The notes below the pieces were generated by a model. That model ran no database searches and was not told the origin of the DNA. It saw only the letters and a list, made by a program, of their open reading frames with translations. From Acidimicrobiia bacterium (GTDB lineage: Bacteria; Actinomycetota; Acidimicrobiia; Spongiisociales; ZC4RG35): a DNA stretch of 64,000 nt. Location: the NCBI GenBank assembly GCA_965203555.1, contig CBDBCY010000004.1:2976001-3040000 (forward strand), written 5' to 3'. Position numbers and translations under genes: made by a program. Positions 1 to 8,980 of the stretch are shown one piece after another. Numbering within the stretch: the stretch's first letter is position 1; every line of letters begins with the position of its first letter.

Positions 1-3000
1 CGACGGATGGGGCTCTTCGGGAAGCTCTCTCGGACTGGAAGGCCTGACTTGACCGAGATCCTCGCGGCCCAGGTACTCGATGGCCAGCGCGCGGAATATG
101 TAGTCCACCATGGAGGAGGCCATCTTGATGTTGGGATGGTTCTGCACCATACCACGGGGCTCGAAGGTCTGGTATAGGAAGGTGTCCACGAACTCTTCCA
201 GGGGCACTCCGTACTGCAGGCCCTTGGAAACCGCGATAGCAAAGCAGGACAGAATCCCACGTAACGTGGCGCCTTCCTTGGCCAGGTCGATGAACAACTC
301 GCCGAGCGTGCCGTCCTCGTATTCACCCGTGCGGATGAAGAGTTTGTGTCCGCCCACCCGGGCTTCCCGAGTCCAGCCGCGCCGACGGGAGGAAAGAAGG
401 AACCTGGGGGGGTTCATTCCGGATGCGTATGCCTGGGCGGGTGAGGTGCCTGCTGGCAGAGAGCCGTAAGCCAGACGCTGTTCGATGCCGAGCGCCTCCT
501 CCAAGGCCGGGTCGTCCTCTCCGGAAGAGTCCTCGCTGGCCGAGGAGAGAGGCTGGGAGGCCTTGGAGCCGTCCCGGTAGAGCGCGATAGCCTTCAGCCC
601 CGACTTCCAAGAGAGATGATAGGCGGACTTGATGTCGTCGGGGTCCACCTCATTTGGCATGTTGATGGTCTTGGAGATGGCGCCGGAGATGAAAGGCTGG
701 GCGGCGGCCATCATCCGGATGTGCCCGTTGTGGTGGATGAACCGTTTGCCGCGGCGGCCGTTGCGGTTGGCGGTGTCGAACACCGGCAGATGCTCCTCTC
801 TCAAATGGGGAGCGCCTTCAATGGTCTGATGACCGCAGATGTAGTCGCTGGCGGAGTCGATCTGGGCTGGGGTGAATCCCAGGAAAGACAGCAAGTCGAA
901 GTCGAGCCGCTGGTACTGGTCAGGTTCCACACCAAGTCGGCGGAGGGTATCCTCGCCCACCGCCAGAGCGTTGAAGGCATGGCGCAGTTCGAATACCTCC
1001 GGTAACGAGGCTTCGATACGATCCAGATCAGCGTCTGTGAAACCATGGGCCCGCAGGCTTCGTCGGTTGATGTGGGGAGCGCCTTCCAGGGAAGAAGCGC
1101 CCATCACATATTCGATGATGTCCTGCTTCTCCAGCGAACCGTAGCCGAGTGAGTCGAGAGCGGGACCAACCGACTGGTTGACAATCTTGAAGTAACCGCC
1201 TCCGGCCAACTTCTTGTATTTGACCAAGGCGAAGTCGGGCTCCACACCGGTGGTGTCACAATCCATCAAGAGACCGATCGTGTTGTGTGAAACGAAACCG
1301 TTGGCCACGTAGGTGACATTGTCGGGAACCGACAGATCATAGGTCAACTGCTCCTCGTCCAAATCGGCGGTCTGAACCCGGTCGTAGAAGTAGCAGAGCA
1401 ACCAGGCCAGTTCAGCATCGCCAGTACGTTCCAGAAGTTCTCGCGCAGAACGTCGCGACACCATACCGTTTCTCGCTAGGGACGCCAACATAATTCGCCG
1501 CAAGCGGCCGTTATCTGGAACCAGCCGGTCTATCAGGGAGCGGGACACCGGGATGTGGTTATGGCGGGAGGCCTGGGCGATGCTGGTCGAGGCCAGGGCG
1601 GTCTGCTTGCGGTCGCTCATGAAACCGATCTCCTCAGCAAAACGCTTCGAGTATCCGAGGTTGAGGGTCCGAAGCACCGCTAGGGGTGAACCGCTCCAGC
1701 CGGTCCGATCCATCTTGCGAGTAGTGGGATAGCCCAGCGCCAGCAGGAGTGACTGAACATCATGGCTGAACTCGATCGAGGTGCTCGACCAGTGCGGATA
1801 ACCGCCATTGACGGTGCCATCGGCTTCGAACAGGCCCCGGACGAAGGCCCGGTAGGTTACGGGGTCGTTGGAGGCGAGGATGGCATCGGGGATATGTGGA
1901 TGCCATCCCTTGCCGGTATGGCCCTCAGCAGGAGCCAACTTGGCGAAACCACAGGCTTCCCACCATAAGGTCAACGGAACCGAGTGGAAGGCAACTTCGG
2001 AGTATCCGGTTTTCTCGGTTACGTGAGCTTGTAGGTTGAACAGTTCTTTACCTAGCATCAGGAGCCGCTCCAAGACTTCAAAATCGCCTGCGGCTACACA
2101 CAAGCGCAAACCTTTGGCGTGTAGGGAACCGTCTCCCATGAAGTAGCCGACGAACTCAGCCAAATCGGGACTCATGATCTTGGGTACCCTGGTCGTGAAA
2201 TCACCCGTCCAGTGCATCTCGCCCAAGGGCGGCAGAAGTACCCGGCGCGGAGCACCCACGAGTTGGTTCATCTGTAGGGGAACCAGATCACCGGTCGCTA
2301 TCTCACCGAACCGTCTCCAAACCCAGTCACCGGTCTGGGGATCGACCACCTTGATGCGGTGCGTAGGCGTGCCCTGGATGCGGTATCCCCGGCCGGTGGT
2401 GACCGTCACCACTGGCTCCACCCCGTTTATGTAAAAGTGGGTGGCGGTTCGGGGACCTTCATCGGTTCCGACGGAGACACCGAGGTCTTGCCACCGGGCG
2501 CCTTCAGAGTTTCCCAGGGATTCCAGCCGCACGAGCCCGCGCTCGGTGGGGATAAGAGATCCGCCCACCAGGCAGCCGGTGGGCGCCAGAACGCTCAGCT
2601 GGGCGTTTCGGTATCCATGGCGGGCACCTATCTCCAAGGCGCTGTCCCATGCTTCGCGGGCGGCCTGTGCCAGATCCGGTGGGCAATGGCGACGGCTGAT
2701 TCCGGCTACCGCCTGGGAGACTCCTTCGTAATCCGACATGGGGGAGTCGTAGGCGGCGCGCCGATGGTTGCGGATCACTCTCAGCATGGCGTCTCTATTC
2801 TCCTCGAATCGGGAGAAGGTTCCCACCACCGAGGCCATCTCCGCCGAGGTGGCGTAGCCGTGTCCGGTGAGGATGGAAGTAAGCGCCCCGGCGATGGCCC
2901 GACCTTTGGGGGAATCGTAGGGGATTCCCTTTCTCATCAGAAGCGACCCGAGGTTGGCGTAGCCCAATCCCAGGGTGCGGTAGTCGTATGAGCCTTGGGC

Positions 3001-4365
3001 GATCGCTTGGGACGGGAAGTGGGCCATGGCCACCGAGATCTCCAGAACGATCGTCCACAGCCGGACGGCATGCAGATAACTGTCTATATCGAAGGCGCCG
3101 GTGCGGTCGTCATAGAAGGCGACAAGGTTTAAGGAGGCCAGGTTGCAGGCGGTGTTGTCCAGGAACATGTACTCCGAACAGGGATTGGAGCCGCGGATGC
3201 GCCCGCCTTCGGGGCAGGTGTGCCATTCGTTGATGGTGGTGTCGAACTGCACCCCCGGGTCCGCACAGGCCCAGGCTGCGTCGGCGATGCTGTTCCACAG
3301 GCGCTCGGCGGAGACGGTTCGCATAACCTTGCCGGTGGTGCGTTCGGTGAGGGTCCAGTCGTCTCCGGCCTCCACTGCTTTGATGAAAGCGTCGGTTACT
3401 CGAACCGAGTTGTTGGAATTCTGTCCCGAGATGGTGGCGTAGGCCTCGCCGTTGAAGTCGGCCGCAAAGCCACCTTTTTCGATCAGAATCCGGGCTTTGT
3501 CCTCCTCGGCCTTCTTCCAGTTGATGAACTCCTCCACATCGGGGTGATCGATGTCCAGAATCACCATCTTGGCGGCGCGCCGGGTGGTTCCGCCCGACTT
3601 GATGGCGCCGGCCGCCCGGTCGCCGATCTTCAGAAAAGACATCACTCCCGAAGAACTTCCCCCACCCGACAGCTTTTCTCCTTCCGCCCGGATAGCCGAG
3701 AAGTTAGAGCCGGCGCCTGATCCGAACTTGAAGATGCGGGCTTCCCGGAGCCACAGGTCCATGATCCCTCCCGGGTTGACCAAGTCGTCCTCCACCTTGA
3801 GGATGAAGCAGGCATGAGGCGCTGGCCTGGAATATGAGTCGGGGGAGACGGTCATCTTCTCGGTCTGCGGATCAACATACCAAAAGCCCTGCGCCGGTCC
3901 GGTCAGTCCGTATGCCCAGTTGAGACCGGTATTGAACCATTGGGGGGAGTTGGGAGCGGCCATCTGATGGCAGAGCATGTATTTGAGCTCATCTTCAAAG
4001 GCTTGAGCATCCTGCTCGGAGGCGAAATATCCGCTCTTCTCTCCCCACCATCTCCATGTTCCGGCGAGCCGATCGAAGACCTGCCGGGCAGAGCGTTCCG
4101 AGCCCATCCGGGCCTGATGGTTCTCATCCAGCAGAGTTCCGTTCGTATCGTGGAGAGGCACCCCTGCCTTGCGAAAGTACTTGGAGACCATGATGTCGGC
4201 CGCCACCTGCGACCAGCCCACCGGGATTTCGGCGTCCTTCATCTCGAAAACCACTGAGCCGTCAGGATTTGTTATCCGGGTGTCCCGTTTGCCCCAGGCC
4301 ACGGTGTCGTAGGGATTCTCTCCGGCACGCGTGAAGCGCCGGTCCATCTTGAGTCCTTTGCTCAC
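1..4365 (-). CDS. nrdJ: Adenosylcobalamin-dependent (class II) ribonucleotide reductase, intein-containing; 3' end runs off the window
   Basis: Absent from the ORF track, probably because it is open-ended. Translated by hand from GTG 4365 after a GGAGGAGG RBS: ...MDRRFTRAGENPYDTVAW...WSQVAADIMVSKYFRKAGVP; catalytic SNPCSEYMFLDNTACNLASLNL (~3130-3190); RNAQLSVLAPTG|TIGLLMDCDTTGVEPDF; C-terminal TSCPD-like GHKLFIRTGEYEDGTLGELFID. All checkpoints fall in the same frame. Confidence 0.95.
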   Translation of the reverse strand, partial: MSKGLKMDRRFTRAGENPYDTVAWGKRDTRITNPDGSVVFEMKDAEIPVGWSQVAADIMVSKYFRKAGVPLHDTNGTLLDENHQARMGSERSARQVFDRLAGTWRWWGEKSGYFASEQDAQAFEDELKYMLCHQMAAPNSPQWFNTGLNWAYGLTGPAQGFWYVDPQTEKMTVSPDSYSRPAPHACFILKVEDDLVNPGGIMDLWLREARIFKFGSGAGSNFSAIRAEGEKLSGGGSSSGVMSFLKIGDRAAGAIKSGGTTRRAAKMVILDIDHPDVEEFINWKKAEEDKARILIEKGGFAADFNGEAYATISGQNSNNSVRVTDAFIKAVEAGDDWTLTERTTGKVMRTVSAERLWNSIADAAWACADPGVQFDTTINEWHTCPEGGRIRGSNPCSEYMFLDNTACNLASLNLVAFYDDRTGAFDIDSYLHAVRLWTIVLEISVAMAHFPSQAIAQGSYDYRTLGLGYANLGSLLMRKGIPYDSPKGRAIAGALTSILTGHGYATSAEMASVVGTFSRFEENRDAMLRVIRNHRRAAYDSPMSDYEGVSQAVAGISRRHCPPDLAQAAREAWDSALEIGARHGYRNAQLSVLAPTGCLVGGSLIPTERGLVRLESLGNSEGARWQDLGVSVGTDEGPRTATHFYINGVEPVVTVTTGRGYRIQGTPTHRIKVVDPQTGDWVWRRFGEIATGDLVPLQMNQLVGAPRRVLLPPLGEMHWTGDFTTRVPKIMSPDLAEFVGYFMGDGSLHAKGLRLCVAAGDFEVLERLLMLGKELFNLQAHVTEKTGYSEVAFHSVPLTLWWEACGFAKLAPAEGHTGKGWHPHIPDAILASNDPVTYRAFVRGLFEADGTVNGGYPHWSSTSIEFSHDVQSLLLALGYPTTRKMDRTGWSGSPLAVLRTLNLGYSKRFAEEIGFMSDRKQTALASTSIAQASRHNHIPVSRSLIDRLVPDNGRLRRIMLASLARNGMVSRRSARELLERTGDAELAWLLCYFYDRVQTADLDEEQLTYDLSVPDNVTYVANGFVSHNTIGLLMDCDTTGVEPDFALVKYKKLAGGGYFKIVNQSVGPALDSLGYGSLEKQDIIEYVMGASSLEGAPHINRRSLRAHGFTDADLDRIEASLPEVFELRHAFNALAVGEDTLRRLGVEPDQYQRLDFDLLSFLGFTPAQIDSASDYICGHQTIEGAPHLREEHLPVFDTANRNGRRGKRFIHHNGHIRMMAAAQPFISGAISKTINMPNEVDPDDIKSAYHLSWKSGLKAIALYRDGSKASQPLSSASEDSSGEDDPALEEALGIEQRLAYGSLPAGTSPAQAYASGMNPPRFLLSSRRRGWTREARVGGHKLFIRTGEYEDGTLGELFIDLAKEGATLRGILSCFAIAVSKGLQYGVPLEEFVDTFLYQTFEPRGMVQNHPNIKMASSMVDYIFRALAIEYLGREDLGQVRPSSPRELPEEPHPS
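1282..2574 (-). mobile_element. Intein (431 aa) with LAGLIDADG homing endonuclease, inside nrdJ
   Basis: In-frame insertion splitting APTG|TIG. Starts CLVGGSLIPTERGLVRLE, ends TYDLSVPDNVTYVANGFVSHN, followed by +1 Thr. Two LAGLIDADG helices: LAEFVGYFMGDGS and AFVRGLFEADGTV. Confidence 0.95.
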
Positions 4366-4444
4366 TCGCCTGCCTCCTCCTCTTTTCGTAGATTCTCGTG
4401 TCTGGTTGCCCGGAGACGAACCGGGATCGCCCTCCAGTGGGGAA

Positions 4445-4458
4445 TTACATTAATGTAA
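4445..4458. promoter_or_regulatory. Perfect 14-bp palindrome TTACATTAATGTAA upstream of nrdJ, candidate operator
   Basis: Read directly; AT-rich dyad 80 bp upstream of the nrdJ start in the divergent intergenic region. Confidence 0.4.
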
Positions 4459-4792
4459 CATCGATCCCGGCGCCGGCAAAGCCTTTCGACTGGGAGCCTA
4501 TAGCCTGGAACACCCGGATCAGATTGAATTCTGGTGGACTTCGCTCTTCGACGAGGAAGGTTGGCTGCCGGGTTTCCCAAGGGCGTACATCCTGCTCTAG
4601 CTGGTGTTTGTCGAGAGGACACCCGCCGGTCTGTTCACAATGTCATTTTTTTCACAGGGTTGGCCGTTTTTTCCCGCTTTGGAGAGAGGAACCCTGGGAA
4701 AGATTGCAAAGAGAGGATATGTGTCGGAGAAGGAGACTTGGGCGGAAGGCGCCGGAGATGTACCTCCGGCGGGGGTGTAGACTAGGAAGCTG

Positions 4793-7702
4793 ATGTTTTT
4801 CCCGGTAGGCGCCAGCCGCCAACAGCAACCACCCCGCCGACGTCGCTTTGTCTGGGTATTCGCCGGCATTGCTCTCATTTACGGTTTGTTCACTGCCCTG
4901 TCGCGGGTCTGGACCGACTATCTATGGTTCAGTTCGGTTGAACAAACCGGCGTCTGGTTGATCCGTTGGGTGTGGCTGGCCTTGCTGGGTCTGTTGGGTG
5001 CGCTGGTTGTCTTCGGCTTGATCTGGGGCAATATGAGACTGGCGCGGTTTCTGTCGGTCCGTTTAGCCTCCTTCAGCACGGCGCCCGAAGACCAATCAGT
5101 TGCTCAGATACGACAGGTGGTTGGGTCCAGGAGCAGGACGTTGGAGTGGGTGGCAGCCGTCGGCGCGGCGGTCGTGCTGGGTCTGGGAGTCTCCGCTTGG
5201 CGGGACCAGGCGCTGCTCTTCCTCAACTCCCAGCCCTTCGGTGTCACCGACCCCCAGTTCGGTCTGGATCTGTCTTTCTTCATGTTCCGGCTTCCCCTGT
5301 GGTCCACCATGGTCAGTTGGCTGACCGGGGTGGCCGTCGCCGCCCTGGTTACCGTTGCGGTCAGTTATTTCGCGCTGGGCGGAATCAGATTCCCGGTGCG
5401 CCGACTCCCCAGGTTCGACACCCAGGCCAAGGCCCATCTCTCCGCCCTGGCCGCGGTGATCGCCCTGCTCAGAGCGCTTTCCTACCGCATCGACACCTAC
5501 GAACTGCTTTATTCCAACAACAACGTCTTCGGCGCCGGATATGCCGACATCAACGCTCGTCTACCGGCCCTGAACCTGCTGATCGCAGTTTCGGTCTTCT
5601 CCGCCATCCTGTTCATCATCAATATCTGGCGAAGGGGCTGGGTGCTGGTGGCGGTCTCGGTGGCGGCCTGGCTATTTGTTTCCCTGGCCGCAGGGGTTGC
5701 GTACCCGGCCATCGTTCAGCGATTCCAGGTCCAGCCCAATGAACTGGTCCGGGAGGGCCCGTACATAGAACGCAACATCGAGGCCACCCGCGCCGCCTAC
5801 GGCTTGGACGAGGTGCAGGTGCGTCCGTTCGACGCTTCTTTCGATCTGGACGCCTCGGACATTGCTCGCAACGCTCCCACCATCGACAACGTCCGCCTTT
5901 GGGATCCTGACGTTCTCAACCGCACTTACCAGCAACTCCAGGAGATCCGGACCTATTACCGGGTGGATCACGTGGATACCGACCGATATCCCATAGAGGG
6001 AACCGACACCCAGGTGATGCTGGCGCTTCGGGAGTTGGACGAACCCAACATTCCCGCCCAGGATTGGCAGAACCAGCGGCTGGTCTACACCCACGGGTTC
6101 GGGGCGGTGCTCAGCCCGGCCAATGTGGTGGCGGTTGACGGTCAGCCTGACTTCCTGCTGCGGGACATCCCGCCCGAGACCACCGAGCCGATCTTGGATC
6201 TCACTCAACCTCGCATCTACTTCGGCGAGACCTATGAGCGTGATCGTCCGGTGATCGTTCGCTCCGGTGCTGAACCCCAGGAGATAGATTTCCCTGCCAG
6301 CGAGGAGGGCGGTTCGGCTGACAACCGCTACAACAACTACGAGGGAGAAGCCGGAGTCGAGATATCGGGTATTCTCAACCGGTTGGCGTTCGCTCTCCGT
6401 TATGGCGACCTCAACATCCTGATTTCCAGCCAGATCAACCCCGACAGCCGGGTGCTGATGCAGCGCAACGTTCAGAGTCGGGTTGAAGCGGTGGCGCCCT
6501 TCCTGGTAGCCGACGCGGACCCCTATCCGGTCGTTTTGGGCGGCGGGATTGTCTGGGTGGTCGACATGTACGCCATCAGCGGGGACTATCCCTATTCCCA
6601 GCCGATCGGCGTGGGTTTGAGGGGTTTTGACACCGCCCGTCTCTCGAGTGCTTCCCAACTCCCATTGTCGGGTTTCAACTACATCCGCAACTCGGTGAAG
6701 GCTACGGTCGACGCCTTTGACGGGACGATCACGCTTTATGTGGTGGACGAGTCCGATCCGCTGGTGGCCGCTTGGCGAGGGGTCTTTCCCGACCTGTTCA
6801 CCGACGCCGACGAGATTCCCCCCGGGTTGCACGAGCATTTCCGTTATCCCCAGGACCTGTTCAAGATCCAAAGCGAGTTGTATCTCGATTACCACATGGT
6901 GGATGTGACCCAGTTCTTCCAGCGCAACGACGCCTGGTCGATTCCTTCCGATCCTTCCACTATCCGGCGCATTGAACTTCTGCGGGGGGATCAGATCGTC
7001 GGTGCCGAAGCGGCGTTCCTCGACTACCTGGAGGAAATGCTTCCCTACTACCTGCTGATGACCCTTCCCGGCGAGGATGACACATCCTATGTCCTGCTGC
7101 AGCCCTACAACCCCTTGGAGAAGCCCAATATGTCGGCGTTCCTGATAGCCGACTCGAGTCCCGAAAGGTACGGCAGGCTGATCGACTACCGGATGCCCCA
7201 GGGGTCGTTGGTGGAGGGGACCGGCCAAGTGGGCAACCGGATCGACCAGGATGATGAAATCTCCCAGCAATTCACCCTGTGGCGCGGTCAGGGTTCCTCG
7301 GTGGTGCTTGGCGACATGCTGGTGGTGCCGGTTGACGAGTCGGTTCTGTACGTACAGCCCGTGTACCTGGAAGCCGAACAGGGAGGACTTCCCGAGTTCC
7401 GCCGGGTAGTGGTGGTGCACGGAGACGACATCGAGTGGGACGACACTTTGGACGGAGCGCTGGCCAAGATATTCGGGGCTGATGATCGGCCGGCGCCCAC
7501 CCCCGACGAAGAGGGCGTGGAAACTCCCCCGCCCGAAGAGACCACCCCCTTGCCCGGCACGGTGCAAGAGCTCCTGTCCGAGGCGTCAGATGCTTTTGAC
7601 CAGGCCGATGATGCGCTTCGCTCCGGCAACCTGGCCGAGTACCAGCGGCTGATCGAAAGAGCCGCCGAGTTGGTGCAGGAAGCCCTCAGGACTTCCGGCT
7701 GA
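4793..7702 (+). CDS. UPF0182 family membrane protein
   Basis: 969 aa with N-terminal TM helices and motifs WTDYLWF, DPQFGLDLSFFMFRLP, NVRLWDP, LVYTHGFG, NYIRNSVKATVDAFDG, HFRYPQDLFKIQ; followed by tRNA-Met as is usual in Actinobacteria. Confidence 0.93.
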   Translation: MFFPVGASRQQQPPRRRRFVWVFAGIALIYGLFTALSRVWTDYLWFSSVEQTGVWLIRWVWLALLGLLGALVVFGLIWGNMRLARFLSVRLASFSTAPEDQSVAQIRQVVGSRSRTLEWVAAVGAAVVLGLGVSAWRDQALLFLNSQPFGVTDPQFGLDLSFFMFRLPLWSTMVSWLTGVAVAALVTVAVSYFALGGIRFPVRRLPRFDTQAKAHLSALAAVIALLRALSYRIDTYELLYSNNNVFGAGYADINARLPALNLLIAVSVFSAILFIINIWRRGWVLVAVSVAAWLFVSLAAGVAYPAIVQRFQVQPNELVREGPYIERNIEATRAAYGLDEVQVRPFDASFDLDASDIARNAPTIDNVRLWDPDVLNRTYQQLQEIRTYYRVDHVDTDRYPIEGTDTQVMLALRELDEPNIPAQDWQNQRLVYTHGFGAVLSPANVVAVDGQPDFLLRDIPPETTEPILDLTQPRIYFGETYERDRPVIVRSGAEPQEIDFPASEEGGSADNRYNNYEGEAGVEISGILNRLAFALRYGDLNILISSQINPDSRVLMQRNVQSRVEAVAPFLVADADPYPVVLGGGIVWVVDMYAISGDYPYSQPIGVGLRGFDTARLSSASQLPLSGFNYIRNSVKATVDAFDGTITLYVVDESDPLVAAWRGVFPDLFTDADEIPPGLHEHFRYPQDLFKIQSELYLDYHMVDVTQFFQRNDAWSIPSDPSTIRRIELLRGDQIVGAEAAFLDYLEEMLPYYLLMTLPGEDDTSYVLLQPYNPLEKPNMSAFLIADSSPERYGRLIDYRMPQGSLVEGTGQVGNRIDQDDEISQQFTLWRGQGSSVVLGDMLVVPVDESVLYVQPVYLEAEQGGLPEFRRVVVVHGDDIEWDDTLDGALAKIFGADDRPAPTPDEEGVETPPPEETTPLPGTVQELLSEASDAFDQADDALRSGNLAEYQRLIERAAELVQEALRTSG

Positions 7703-7805
7703 CGGGAATCCGGGGTCGGCGGATACACAAGGCCGGTCTGACCAGAGGACCGGTCCTATCCCGGTTGCGACCCGTGGAATTCCTCACTATGATCAACTCT
7801 CACAC

Positions 7806-7882
<77 letters not shown>

Positions 7883-8068
7883 ATCCCTCCAGTTCAAAGG
7901 GCTGCTCCGGTCCGTCTGTCGTGTAGGCAGGCCGAAAATGACACCGGAGTCTGCCCCTCAACTGTCGGCGTAGCCCGACGCATGTCCCCGGTCGCGACCT
8001 GTGCTAATGTGGAGAAAGTGTCTGGCGGCGAGGAAGGCGCTTGAGCGGCGCATGTTCGAGGTCTGGCG

Positions 8069-8632
8069 TTGAACGCGCACGGGAGAAGTGAAGGGCCGCT
8101 GGCGAACACCTACTGGGTTGTCCCGGGCCGTTTCGCGGCGGGGGAATATCCGGGCGCGTGGAACAGGGAAGAAGCCGCCGGCAAGTTGCGTACTCTGCTC
8201 CAAAAGGGCATCAACCACTTCATTGATCTGACCGAGGCGAATGAGGGGTTGGAACCCTATGCCGGGATCGTTGCGCGGGAAGCCGACCGACTTGATACGA
8301 AAGTCGTGCATGAGCGGCATCCCATCGTCGATGTGAGCGTGCCGAACAGTCCACGGGAGACAGCGGGCATCCTCGACGCCATCGACGCAGCGTTGGCTGA
8401 CGGCAAGAACATCTACGTGCACTGCTGGGGCGGTGTCGGCAGGACCGGCACCGTGGTCGGCTGCTGGCTGGTGCGCCATGGCGTGACGGGAGATGAGGCC
8501 TTGGCCCGGGTGGCGGATTGGTGGAGGGGAGTGCCCAAGGCGTACCGCCTCCCCCACTCGCCGCAAACACATGAGCAACGCGAGTACGTCCGTAACTGGG
8601 CCGAAACGACCGGAAAGCATTCGCCTGAGTGA
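8069..8632 (+). CDS. Dual-specificity/protein-tyrosine phosphatase family protein
   Basis: P-loop VHCWGGVGRTG (HCX5R), HPIVDVSVP acid loop, C-terminal SPQTHEQREYV. Confidence 0.85.
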   Translation: MNAHGRSEGPLANTYWVVPGRFAAGEYPGAWNREEAAGKLRTLLQKGINHFIDLTEANEGLEPYAGIVAREADRLDTKVVHERHPIVDVSVPNSPRETAGILDAIDAALADGKNIYVHCWGGVGRTGTVVGCWLVRHGVTGDEALARVADWWRGVPKAYRLPHSPQTHEQREYVRNWAETTGKHSPE

Positions 8633-8794
8633 AGCCACTGCGATGATTACACGCAGTGGCTTTCCGAGTTATCGCGGCGCAAACGGAACAGGTCGCGCGC
8701 CAGGGGGTGGGGCTTGCCATCTGGTGGGGTGCGCTGTCTCGGACCGTCCTGGGATGCGTACCTTTGGAAAGGCTGGGAAATATAGATCCACTTT

Positions 8795-8980
8795 AAAAGT
8801 GCAGAAAAAAGTGCTTCCCTTAGGAAAATGCAGGATGGACTCCAGAAATATTGCTGGATAAGTTGCCGGATTTTTGTAGGATATTTAAGATATCTCCAAA
8901 ATTGTAGGATGGTTCTCAAGAATTCTGTAGAATAAATCCTCTGATTTTTGTAGAATAGATTGGTGCCTTTTGTAAAGAGA
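8795..8980. repeat. AT-rich degenerate array of eight TG(C/T)(A/T)(G/A)(G/A)-type octamer cores
   Basis: Cores at 8800, 8829, 8852, 8875, 8903, 8926, 8949, 8971 (spacings 29, 23, 23, 28, 23, 23, 22); 8825-8883 aligns with 8899-8957 at a 74-bp offset. Confidence 0.75.

Noticed and set aside
4366-4792. Cobalamin riboswitch or NrdR boxes upstream of nrdJ
   Set aside because: I could not identify the B12-box or a convincing tandem NrdR consensus by eye; an Rfam/PWM scan would settle it.
5672-7567. Long antisense ORFs (also 45488-47449, 48186-49769, 51208-53658, 57212-59662)
   Set aside because: Shadows of GC-rich genes on the opposite strand; no motifs of their own.
7883-8068. Integrase or att site after tRNA-fMet
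   Set aside because: No recombinase ORF and no second copy of the tRNA 3' end noticed; only GC hairpins.
8647-8919. 90-aa minus-strand ORF across the AT-rich array
   Set aside because: Atypical composition, no recognisable motif, and the 23-bp period is not a multiple of three.
8795-8980. CRISPR array interpretation of the AT-rich repeats
   Set aside because: Cores are only about 8 nt and degenerate, linkers are 14-21 nt, and there are no cas genes. No CRISPR array was seen anywhere in the window.
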